Positions 51,811-64,000 of a stretch of DNA of 64,000 nt are shown in pieces. How positions within the stretch are numbered: the first letter of the stretch is position 1; each line of letters starts with the position of its first letter. The translations under genes were made by a program, and so were the position numbers. The notes under the pieces are model-generated. The model saw only the letters and a program-made list of their open reading frames with translations, was not told where the DNA came from and did no database searches. Source of the DNA: Ylistrum balloti. Taxonomy: Eukaryota. The DNA lies in contig NW_026782027.1 of assembly GCF_031769215.1 (NCBI RefSeq), positions 434,001 through 498,000 on the forward strand, given 5' to 3'.

Positions 51811-53392
51811 AGAGAAAACGGTCACGTCAGTCTTGGCCGGTTTGGTTGATGTGAATAAAACCCCGCTTATGTTACAAATCCTCAGTGAGTAGAAATTACC
51901 TTTTCTACATTAATAAAAGCAATAATGAAAAAGAAGTAAATAAGACACCATAACTATTACTGATAGAAGTATTTTACTACTAGGCTCAAGTCACATTGCA
52001 AGCTGGACCTCTAGATCTCAATCGGATTAAAATGCAGATCCTAATTATCGCTTCGTTACTCTACGCATATGATCCCATAAGGGGCTAAATTTGATACCGC
52101 CAAATCACAAATCTGTATTGAGCAAATATAACATTTGACAACTATGAAAAGAGCAGCTGTCGATAGGCTTAAGATTGCATAAGACCAATCAATAAAGACG
52201 ATGTATAATAGTGTTGGCACCACGATCCTGCTGGAATATATTGTTTTATACTTTTGCTTGTGTCATGCAAATGAATTACAACTCTAATCAATGGGTAGTT
52301 TATAAAACTGGCTTGTATATTTGCATATGTACTTTCAAAATGTAGGTGAAAATTACCTATATAGAAATAACAAACAAAAAACAAAACAAGTTTGCGTTGA
52401 ATAAATATGAACATCTTTAATCTGAATGTGTATGTAAAACATGGTACTTTGCTAAGACTAAATCACGACACAATTACGACTGACATGCATGCTCTTTATA
52501 TAATTCATCATAACGAAATACAATAATGTAACTCTAATGTTATTCTACGTATATTTGTGTGTATGTTTTCCAAGAGACAAGGCACATTATATCTGAAAAC
52601 AAGGCTTTAACTAAACAAAATATGAACATCCTATCCCTGTATAAAATGAAGACTGATGCGGAGAAAATTTCTAAAAGGGAAATTAAAAGCAACCTTGTAT
52701 AACATTGTATCATTTTGGTTATACCATCGAACATTTGTAATGTGATATGTTGTGGGTCATATTTAACTACTATCAGGAGAGCTCCGATAGTGTCTCTTTT
52801 ATCTGAACGGCGAGCATCCTGTTCAGGTTTCTAGTTTATCAACACAAAGCACGCCAATGACTGTAGCAAACAATTTCAAAGTGAAATCAATGTCCTTTCA
52901 GCATCCTGTCTTAGAATCTAGTTCGCCTACACAAAACTATATCTGCGTCGTTGGGTCGCTCTGTGTCAACTTCTAGAAGCTAATCAACCCAAGATACATT
53001 AATTAAGTTGGGCATCTAGTGAAAGCTGCTTGTTCACCAAGACAAAGTATATCAATCTTGTCGGGATATTCTTTGAGAGCTTCTAAACAAACGATATCAA
53101 CGTTCCTTAAGCGTTTTCTGCTAGTTTCTAACTAACAAACCGTGAATGATATCGATGCTGTCGAGCATACGATGTTAGCTCCTAGCTAATAAATGTAAAA
53201 CAGCAACGTCGGGCGTCCTTACCCTGAATAAATACTAAGAACACACACTGACTTACTTGACTTGACATTTCATTTACAGAGTTGGAAAATACTGCCTTGT
53301 ATTTATTTATATCTTTAGTCAATTGAAAAGATTTCATCTACATTATATCTTAACCAGATGTAATTTCAGAAAATATCATCGTTGTATTGTTT

Positions 53393-56300
53393 TCAAATGT
53401 CCTCGTCCCTGGTTGGTACCGCTTTGTACGCTGACGTATAGTGTCTATCACGGTATATCAAGATAGTGAAGATGACCATTACGATAACCAATAGGGTAAG
53501 TAAACTCGCCAGAAACAGCAATGTCACTCTGTTATCATCTGTACAAATAAAACCAAATACTCCATCACGTTATATTTATTCTTAACCAAATTTTTATACA
53601 TCACGTAACAAGATGAGGTCATTTCAATTGTGATAATATCGTCTTTGTAGTCCTTAAAAAATGAAAAGTATTGTGTTAAGCTCGTTATGGATTCGTTAAT
53701 GTAATGTTATAGCATGGTGATGACCACATTCATATTTACATCGTGTCGTTAAAATAATTTAGAAAATGCATGAGTGAAGATGATAAAGCATGACTCACTT
53801 ATCCAATAAATGTCGTTTCTAATGTTGCATTCTTCTTTTATGTCTTTTGGTGTGTTCCTTGTCAGAATACTGATAAAGGTTTTAAATGGACAGTTAACAA
53901 CACACCCTGTAACAGGAAAGAATATTTAATAACATCAGACAGACTTTTAACAAATAAGGCATATTATAGATGGAGGTGATCCATCTCAAAATAAAATTGT
54001 CTACAGTCGGGGATAAATCTATTCTCAGTTCGTAACGTGACGTTAAGCTTTCGTCATGAATGAAAATAAAATCAGAACAATGGTATTAATAGATACAAGC
54101 TTCAGAAGAGTTTTCATTACGTAAAATTTCGGACGATATAACGCCATCTTTGTGAATGCTGATTTTGGTTGAAGTACATGTACAGACATGGAATGTTTAA
54201 TAATGAAAAAATAATTTTAAAAGTTCTATTTTTCAATGCTGTACAACTACATTTTTACTTACAATTTCATTTTAACATAGAAATAACGGAAACAACTGTT
54301 TATGTCTGTTCTGCAGGGACCCTGAACGCACGATCAGATAGCAAATAGGTTAAATGCATATCACTAAAAAAACAATTTCACATCATTTATCCTAACACAA
54401 GAAAAGTTTGTTATCAAAGAGATGAATGTTAACACTCGTCTTCATCAAAGTGGTACTGCTTAGTAACAATTCTCGTCAATACATGCGCTGCGACAGAAGC
54501 TTGTGGTATTTCTATGTTCGGATTTTTTCAATGAAATAATTCATTTCGAAATTTTCAGGGTCTTTAAAACACTTCGATGTCTGTATATGGTTCCAAACAA
54601 GAATCACACTTAAAGGTCTACCGATGATCGGAAACTATCGTTAGCTTAGTCAGCAGGTATTCTTAAAATAAATTCAACATGGAAGTTTTTTACTTGAATT
54701 GTCAGCTTAAACCCCAATCACATTCAAGACCTTGGCAACGCTGAAGTCGTTTCCATGTTTAACGAATTTTACCACCGTGACCTTTAATATGAGTAAAGGC
54801 TAATTCTTTTTCACAGCCTTTGTTGGATTTCAATCGAGGAGTCTATTAACCAAATATTAGATAATAGACATACTTGGTTAATCAGATGAAGTCGTCTGAG
54901 GGTTTGGTGTGATTAATGTTTAATGTCTATCAACAGCCATGGTAATTAAAAATGTTATTTTCTTGATTTTTTCTTAAGGACAGCATCTACATCCGTGCGA
55001 CTATCCCTCTTAATAACAGTTTTTAGCTTCATCCATTCCATAACTCTCCACTTTTTGTTAATCAGAAGACGTCGTTTGAATGTTTTAACTTTTGTGGCCG
55101 CTGTAATTATTTATAACAAATTTCGGCCAAGTAACCTTCCATCCCAATATAATTACTCTTGGTCTTTTTGTTGTAAAAATAGTCGTAAGGGAAACGTTTG
55201 CGCCAGACAATCAAAATAACACGATTCGTGAGAAATGAGACCTGCTAGGTAATTAGTAATATTTTCACAATTACACTTTTGCATCATTGAATATAATGTC
55301 ACGTTGAGTATTTCATTCCAAGAGATGTAGATATCTTATCCTTGCATAATCCTTCCATCCTCCCAACTACTTATTCAAAGATTTTCAATTTTAATTTGAG
55401 AAATTTAAGTAATTGAAAAATATTATATATCATATTGGCGTGCTTAATGCTAGTTAGTTTCCCTATTGGTTCCAATGTATACCTTGTTCTCATTTGAGAA
55501 TGTAACATAACTTACATAGATTTACCAGTTACATTGGTGAAAGGGGTGGGGATGGGGGCATGAGTTGTTGCCGATGAAGCAGAAGGCATTTACTCTTCCA
55601 GAACATACCTGGTTCTTCTAATTTTTTCAAAAGACTCCTGTAAATCTTACCTCTGTTGATGCCCATACTTCATTGAATATGAGTTTGGGTTATTATTATG
55701 TTGACATGTTGGTATTTTGTTCTTTTTTATTCTTATATTCAGTAAACAGTTATTATACTATAAAACATTTAACAGTTACTTTAATCTGTAATGGTCAACA
55801 AAATGAATACCTGGGATTGGTAGAGATATTGTTCGATTGCTGTCCGTCTCATTTCTGTATATAACCTTGACAAATATTGTTTCATTCACGCCACTTTTCC
55901 ACAGCTCCAACAATACACACGAGGAATAGCTTGGATTTCTGTTATTAAACACATTCAATACCCGCAATAAAGCTATCAATGTTGTATCGTGCTAAAATGC
56001 AAGAAAAAATTAATCTGAAGTACACATATAAGTGGCATTGACAATAATGCTTAAAATCATGATAGGGGGCAATACATGCATGTAGTTATAATGTAGTTCA
56101 AATATTCCTTATAGAGTTTATTTTTCTACCAAGTCTACCAGTATTGAGGGCCCAAATCGAGAAATGTGGAGGTGTTCCAAACTCAAAATACGATGTACTT
56201 AATAAATATTGATATTGCATATTCTGAAGCGTACCATTATTTAAAAGTTTATTCCTATTTTTTATAGTTAACTTCCTTATTTTCCGTTTTTGAAAATCAA

Positions 56301-59300
56301 TATCTCAATTCAAAAACTTACCCCAGAGTACAAGTAGACTGTTGTACTCGATTCATTATTCAAATTCCTCTTCATGTTGTCAATTATCTCCATCAGTAAT
56401 GGACCTAGAGGTACATTTTGTACATAACCATACAGAAAAAAGAATACAATCAACGGTAACAGTAATCAGAGTATTTAGTCATTCGTATTTTAAAAGCAGA
56501 TCACAAATAAATCAAAAACAGTAACGAACATGAATGAATATCTGAAATAATTGTGATAATGTAACTGTTCGCCAATACTGTACGATATATACGAATAAGA
56601 GAATTTCCCGGAAAAAACACAAACAAATAAACAAATGGTCATTAAAACACACAAACAAACTAAACGGGAAAAGGCAAATACTAAAAATCTTAAATGGGCA
56701 TATTATCACACAATATCTAAATGGTACGTCATAGTCTATTATATAGACCAACATCCTTCAGATAACCTAGAATTTTACAAATCTCAACAATTTCAAAAAG
56801 GGTCTTTAAATGTTACGATAAAAATTTTCTCGGGTAGACAGAAAGTCAATGCAGTCCAATAAAAAATGTATAACGGTGAATGGCTCATCACATCCTATGC
56901 ACAGAGGTTATATTCGCCTTTCAACATATATGGATGTGTAGGCATATATGGCCCATCCGAAGAGGGCAAGGACAACTTCGTCTAGGTGGTTGTCTCGAGA
57001 GCATGGAGGCCATTCACCGATGATAGGTTTTACGGAGTGGAATTTATAATCGGTATGTTGATTCCATTCCGCTGTTAAAAATTGTTTGATAAATGGTTTA
57101 AAATCAGTAAAATGAAGGTTAAAAACAACAGGTGATAGCGATGAAGCTTCCTTTTTGTTGCCTGATATTCCCATGTGCCCATCAAAAAACAATACGAAAG
57201 TTTGAGGCAAGTTCATGATATAGTATTAATGTATTACGAATGAAAATATTTTCGATATTTCTATTGCTAAGACTTTGTAGTACAGAAGAGAGTATTGATA
57301 GATACGAGCTCTCATGACATTGTTTGAATATCTTTAAGAGCGAGGTAGATAACTCGCGCTTCCGCCGATAATATTGAGCTTTGTTCGGTAGTGGGCATCC
57401 ATAGACTTCGTCTTTTTTAACCATGAGCTTATCATTATTTTTAGAACCATCAGTATATAAATTTAGAAATGTTTTATATTTTTACTGCAATTTTCAGAAG
57501 TATGGACGAAAGGTGCAACTGTCAGTGTCTGGTTTAACCATTTCATGAAGTGAAAATTTAACTTCTGAGGAACATTAGAATTGATCCATAGAAGAATTGT
57601 CTAAATATAGATGGTGAGGTGCACAAGCCCGATTATTCAACACATTTTATAATTCCTCTTATGTGATATGTTCAAAAACACATCATGTGCATTTTGTGAA
57701 CTGTATCATTACATAATAAGCTTGTTGTCAGTATAATATGACCAATCAATAAATCCTTGTGTTCTTTGCCTTCCCCCCCACCCCTCTAAAAAAGAAAAAA
57801 ACATCAATCATCAGAAACAAGTTGCAATTTTAGAATGCATTAGAAGAGTCATTTTTTTGTACTTCAGATATGCATGTGTTTATTTTTTATATAGGGTATC
57901 ATTTTGTCATCATATCTAAATAAATCGTGAACAGCAACATCTAAATGAGTTATGTGTAATTTATGATCATAGAGTATTTAAAAATCGTTGGTTTGGCGTT
58001 ATGTTGTTAAACAACCAATCTCTTGATATGCTTATTTCAAGACGATCTCCCTATGTTGAATGCGCGTATTTTCTAGAGCTGCGATATGTTTGTGTGAGCC
58101 TATTTGTGATAGCGACAAACAGATATGGACTTCAACGTGGTATCACTGACAAACCCAACAGCAGAAAACCCCATTTATTATGCAGGATATTGTATATCGT
58201 CGCATTAGAAGTGTAAAGTGGTGTCAGTCGTACTTTATCCTACAAATATTGTTTAAAAGCCTGCGGCACAGAGGCCGACATTTTAGTGCTATTTCACTAA
58301 AAAAATACAGCCGAAGGCCCTCAGCGAGACTCACCACGTCACATTATAATAACAACACGCAAAACAGTCGTTACACTACCACGATGCTCCCAGATAACCA
58401 GCCAGTAGTACGTGTTACTGCTTCCTGATGTTATGATAAATAGTTTTAAGAATCGGCTGCTCGTGTTTAAATATGAATAAGTTGATATTAAATTCTACAA
58501 GTCATATATAGAAATTCTGATGTTCCGTCAGTTGATAAGAAACACAATTAATTGCTTAACTGAAACAAGAAATGACACCACTTAAACAAGAACGACACTA
58601 TCTGAGAATTTCCTTGTACGATGTAACATGAAAAAAGGTATCTATCTGGTAGTAAAAGATATATTTGTGCCTCGGAATACGTTGATAACGTCACGTTAAC
58701 TTACCTCCCTTCAATTTTGCGAGTTCTGGTGTCGGAAGATAATATGTGGCAAAAACATCACGGATGGATTTAACCACATCTAAAGGTAAGATGGACGCCC
58801 ATTCAGGTAAACTGAAGTTGTGGATGTACTATAACAAAAAAAAATTAAAAAAAAAAAAAAACGCATATAAATCAACTGTGTAATATTTCTCATCACAAAA
58901 TGTTGTCACGTGGTTCTGTTCTAAGTGTAATTATGATGATTCAAACCAGGAATATCATTTCAGTACTAAACACATAAGGTTGTCCAATATTTTCCTTTAA
59001 AGTTTTAATTATTGAAATGATACATACACCTTATTCAAAACTTACAATGGTCCCGAGTTGAATTATCAGGACAATACAGGTGTGCGAGTTATATACATAT
59101 TTTTTTCAATGCCTTTAAAAACTATGCTGCTCACCTGACAGAATAAACTGTCTGTTATGCTGTTCCACGATTCTATTGGAAGTCCCGAAATGTTCACAAT
59201 ATTTTCAATCAGATCCTGAAACAAACGAATTTATATTTCAACAAACCTTCTATTTAAAATTTAACAGTCGTCAGATTGATGATAATTTGGTTTGGTTTAC

Positions 59301-62300
59301 ATTGTTATACGTACGATCGATAGCTATAAGTTGTAACAAATCTAATCTTGAAATCATTTAATGAAAAATGATATTTACATTTTATGTATCATTATGAAAC
59401 ACTTGAAGACTTTATAAAGTTGTTGGTTCATTTGCTGCAGCTTCATGAAATCCATGGTTTTCTCGAGATTTGATATTATTATTATTATTACAATCTAAAC
59501 GGCCCATTACAGTTATTGATTGCAAATATATTGGCGATCACGCGTCTTGATGACAGTCAGAAATCAACACTATTTTTAAATAGAAAAGAATGCGGATGTG
59601 GATAGGTTTTTTGTCACAGATGACGGATTTAACAATTTTTGTGGGATTAAGTTAAGTGCTCCAATATTCCTCCTACTTTTGGTACGCCTATGTTCATTCA
59701 ATGCAAAACATTTTACAATTAAAGAAATTGCGTTTCTTTATCCTTTCTTTTCATAATATTAAATCGATATAAAGATACCAAATTTGTTAAGTTAATTAAA
59801 TGCACTACCATTCATTTTAATGTGTTTTGGGTCGATGCAGATTCTCAAAAAAAAAAAAAAAAAAAAAATCTTTTGATCCTTTGACACTTCTGACGTAAGT
59901 ATTATTGACGAAGTCCTACAACGCTGAAATATTTCGCTCTCTAATGTGATTTTAGTATGTATTATTTACCATACGTAGTGGAGTTTACATATGTATAATT
60001 CCAGTTATATATTGCAGATATATGTAAATACAAAATTTATGGTAGCGGAGTTGATAGGTACCTGGTGTTTTGCCATGAAAATGGCCTTTGTCTTATTTCC
60101 ATTATACTCTGTTAGCAGTTTATCAAATTTTGGACAGTCAGCCTGCATGCTAATTATCTGAAAAAGAAATGATTTTTTTTTTTCGTTCAGCATGTGTTTG
60201 TTAGATAGCATCTGTTCTACATTGTTACATATCAAATCGTCGTTGATCGGATTTGGCTGAGACGTTGAACTTGAAACCAATATTTAACGGCAAGTCTTGA
60301 TGTCACATAACATTAGATATATAGGTATGTTTTTAAATTCACCAATATTGATTATATTCATATGATATTATATTGTCAAGATCCATCACCCTTAAAGTTA
60401 AATTATTACTGTTAAAATGACCCGAAAATCACATATGTAGTAGCATAATGATATGGTTAAATACGGTATTCCTAAAAACATTGGGGAAATGAAAGCTAAT
60501 ACGCAAGTACGTGTCAGTTCACAGCTGTTGCTAGATACTATTGATAAACAAATACATACGAATGTTAGCGAAAGTTTATGTGACTTTTAATGTCCAATGT
60601 TGTGTGTCATGAGTATTGTTACATGGATCATAAAGCATTACCATTGCAGAAACGTCAAGGGGACAATTTAAGATAAAAATATTTTATACAAATCTCGCTC
60701 AGCTCCATGTTTTACATTCAAGCGAAGTAGAACATAAATTTTAAACACATTTTATAATTCTCGGGTATCAAAGTAAAAATATGCTTCAAACAATATTTTA
60801 ACTAGCTTAAAGATGGACAGATATTTTCATATATGGAGAATGAAAAGTATTGATCGTTGACAGTTTACACCTGTTAAGACTAGGTAAAAAGTTTGTATTT
60901 AGCAGACAACACTTACAAAGTCCTCATGTCGAGGTTTTGTATGAACTGGAATTGGCTGCCAGTTAAGGTCTGGATTCCAACGCTGATCAGTCCCATCAGG
61001 AGGATAAATGGCGCTGAGGACACAGTAGGCACTCATTAGGGCACGGTCGTAGTCAGAGCTTGTTATAGTGATCTGCGAAAACAACTCAAAGTGTTAACAA
61101 TATTGCAACTATGCATTAGTTTCCCTTACTAGCGAATACGCATATTCGATATCACGGTTGATTCACTCGGCGTCCTGTTAAGATCACCTTACTTTAAAAT
61201 TACAAAATTTACTGAATTATAGGCAATTGTACCAATGAATCTACATATATACCTCCAGAATTCAATTACGGCCAAAACTTTCGACTTTTCCCAAGGCAAT
61301 TACCAAGATTTTTTTCACAATTTTGTATCATATAATATTTTGTTTCCGCAAAACACTCACCTCAGAATGATTATATTTTGAACTTAAAAGTACGCCATAG
61401 CCATATCTACTTTTCAAGAATTTTCCGAGGTTGTATTCCTGAAGCATTCCTTCCTACAATATGGAATTCTATGATGATTATTTCGAAAATTGATACGCTT
61501 CGCCATATGATGGTAAAACAATCAGTTTCCCATGTATACATGTTTATCTTGTACATACTGTATAAATTGGATGTAGCAGAGGGTATTCAAACAAAACTAA
61601 TAAAAAATGTGTATGATACTCCTATTCACAAGTGTCGTTATCAGCTATAATTTGTGTATATAATACGATTGGTATCATCCCTGCTGTATGCTAAGAATAT
61701 TCGCAACACCTCGCTTACCTGAGTCAGTTGACCCAATCCCTGTTTCCAGAAGTCTCTGTGTTTATCATTCGGGAAACTCCTTATGGGACTTCTATCCCCA
61801 TGGCGGAATACCTATAGTTAAAATAACACCTGGTCTTATTTTCCTTGTACTTTTTCAGGGATCTCCGTATAAATCGTTCTTTTGTTCCTATTTCGCTCAA
61901 GGTTTATGGAATCGAGTTTGAATTATGATTATTTTGCCGAGTTTTATTTTCTGGATGCTATTTATTAGATTGGTTAAATATTTTGTGTACCAAAGTTATA
62001 TTTTCTATCACTTGGTTCAGATTTTTAAAGCATAACTAAATTTACAAAGCAGAAAGATATGTCTTTCTTTATAATACAATAGTTAAGGTTTCAAGGATCC
62101 AAATAAAGACATTTCAAAATTCATGAATTTAATGGTGTATTTCTCGCCTGAATGGTATGCATGCATGTGTGTTGTTTTGTAATTTCTTTTAAATACGCAA
62201 TTCAGATTCAGCATTTTCTGTCAGATTATAGATCTATGAATCGTCCTTGTAAAGACCAGATTGTCATAAGAAGACAATTTGTTGAAATACAGCCCCCCAT

Positions 62301-62768
62301 CGAATGTGAAAGTATTTGCAAAGAATGAACTGAAAGAAAACCTATGCCTAAAATAATTATTCAAGTGACTAAGTATAGGGGATAAATTCTTGACAAACTT
62401 TTTATTATGAAAATTTGATAAAAATGACCCACATTGATGTATATGACCCAGCTTTAATTAATTGAACCCATATCTGAAGTAAAATTCTAGTAACTGGTAG
62501 TGTAGGAGACAAAAGCCGAAAAGGTAGAAAGATGAACGGACACAACACAAAACTAAAGATCCTTGTATTAATTATGTACCTAATGCAGACAGTTAAAATC
62601 ATGCTTCTTTGACCATTTCAAACACTTATTACTTTTTCGCCAGTCTGAAATGATGAGTTGTATGAGGTGTTTACTTACCGCTTGGACCAATATCAAACTA
62701 TCTTTACCATTAGCAACCGCTGTCACAAACATACACATGAGACCAATATAACCTATTGTTGGATACAT
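53393..62768 (-). CDS. ACP2: Lysosomal-type histidine acid phosphatase (ACP2-like), type I membrane protein, 416 aa
   Basis: Exons (minus, GT-AG, phases consistent): 62768-62679, 61811-61719, 61453-61361, 61072-60917, 60157-60062, 59215-59135, 58828-58705, 56404-56322, 55991-55811, 53906-53799, 53538-53393 (stop TGA). Features: signal peptide [21 protein letters not shown], catalytic [41 protein letters not shown]|HDTT acid motif, GCVVNCP...EEC disulfides, [27 protein letters not shown], and tail [19 protein letters not shown] with a YxxPhi motif. Confidence 0.95.
56820..58430 (-). mobile_element. RNase H-bearing non-LTR retrotransposon (I/Nimb-like LINE) 3' relic in ACP2-like intron 7, with an about 450-bp interruption
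   Basis: Minus-strand pieces [14 protein letters not shown]...[44 protein letters not shown] and [15 protein letters not shown]...[27 protein letters not shown] match the RNase H plus C-terminal region of I-type LINEs. A DVV..EGLRL-like remnant is near 58.3 kb. Confidence 0.8.
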
Positions 62769-64000
62769 GTCCGCAATGTCGGAAATCCCACGCTTGATTA
62801 TAGCACTGACCTTTGTCACCTTCTGGTCATTAACAACATCCGGCCACGTGTAGCACAAACTTGTTTTTAACTTACGTTCGGAACAGGAAATTATATGTGT
62901 AACATAAAGTTCGACGTACAGCGAACCATAAACATAAAGCGGCTGATGCATAGGCTACACACAATAACGAAATGAAGGTATAACGCAGTGCACTACGCTT
63001 TTTTACACTATAAAAGTACATGTAAGGACTGGTTTGGTGTTCAGCTGATAATTCGGATAATGAAAAATGAGATAAATAAGTAGATGATAATGCAATAAAG
63101 AAAGTGAAAGAATGAGCAATAAGTTACCGTTTTACTGTAACAAAGCAGCTCCTGTAAGCATTGTCTTTGAAAAGATGGTAAGCATGGTTAAAGGTAAAAT
63201 ATTTTGCTACTGAAACGGAAATGTAGTATTTTCTAATACTTATTAATCAACCTGAAACATCAATAAATCATTTACGTATTCTTGTTATGTATACATTGTT
63301 ACAAAAGCATGAATCGATGACGTAACTATGTTTACAGTGCGAGAGTTTCCATAGGCGGGTTGACGAGAGTTGCATATGCATATCCCAAATCTTACGTTTT
63401 GACATTCTGGTATGAAATAGAGTTTAAAATGTACCATACTTTCGCATATTTATATTTAAACTATAAATAGTAACGCCGAAAGTTAGACGGTTTCCTATTC
63501 GCGAGCCCATCGACTCTTATCTATAAAAACAGTTTTAACAGGACTATGGGAGTAGGTTTCCCTAGAGCAGTGTTACGTATCTTTAACAACAGTTTGTTGT
63601 GTAGTTGAATTTAGAGCATATTATTAGCATCCATAATGCATTTCCACGAGATCTGAAACAAATTTCAGAGGATTGATAATCACGTGTTGTAACAGCTGTT
63701 GTCTTGGGGGCGTGTACAAATAACATAAAACAAACCCTATTATTTCGAGTAAATTAACATCGATCTCGATGGTTAAAATATGCAGTTTTACACTTTATAT
63801 TGAAATGGAAACAATTGTGTTATCAAAACACAAAATTAATCCAACAATCTGAATTCCGAGTCCATAAATAATTTCAACAATAAATTTTCAAAATACCTTA
63901 TTTTTTATGCAAATTTTGCTGTAGGCAACAAAACAAATGAATAATATTCAAATGGACAGTACTTCTTGAATGATTTAAATAATGCTATCTGCGGTTACAT

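Noticed and set aside
54955-55100. Possible alternative terminal exon of the phosphatase (47 basic codons after a CAG, correct phase)
   Set aside because: It would delete the conserved C-terminal disulfide segment of the catalytic domain, and the acceptor has a weak pyrimidine tract. Only spliced reads from 55811 to 55100 would revive it.

Overview
AT-rich, intron-rich animal genomic DNA. The repeat families and gene styles suggest a bivalve mollusc (inference). I reconstructed three spliced protein-coding genes exon by exon from GT-AG sites and phase continuity, all on the minus strand. (1) A divergent BMI1/PCGF2/4-type Polycomb RING finger gene: 7 coding exons at 595-22146, running off the left edge, with a 13.2 kb first coding intron. 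(2) A complete 7-exon, 251-aa cation-dependent mannose-6-phosphate-receptor-like gene with one MRH domain, a TM helix and a short tail (40771-47183). (3) A complete 11-exon, 416-aa lysosomal histidine acid phosphatase, ACP2-like (53393-62768). Between and inside them lie a probable gustatory-receptor-like pseudogene, several minisatellites whose long ORFs are repeat artefacts, Penelope-like and RNase H LINE relics, SINE/MITE fragments, three copies of a repeat carrying a minimal type I hammerhead ribozyme fold, and an unidentified decayed ORF. The most interesting points are the putative M6P reader next to a putative M6P eraser, BMI1-like substitutions at functionally studied RING positions, and the hammerhead family with a non-canonical core. 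No homology searches were run; family calls come from recognised motifs and my recollection of reference proteins.
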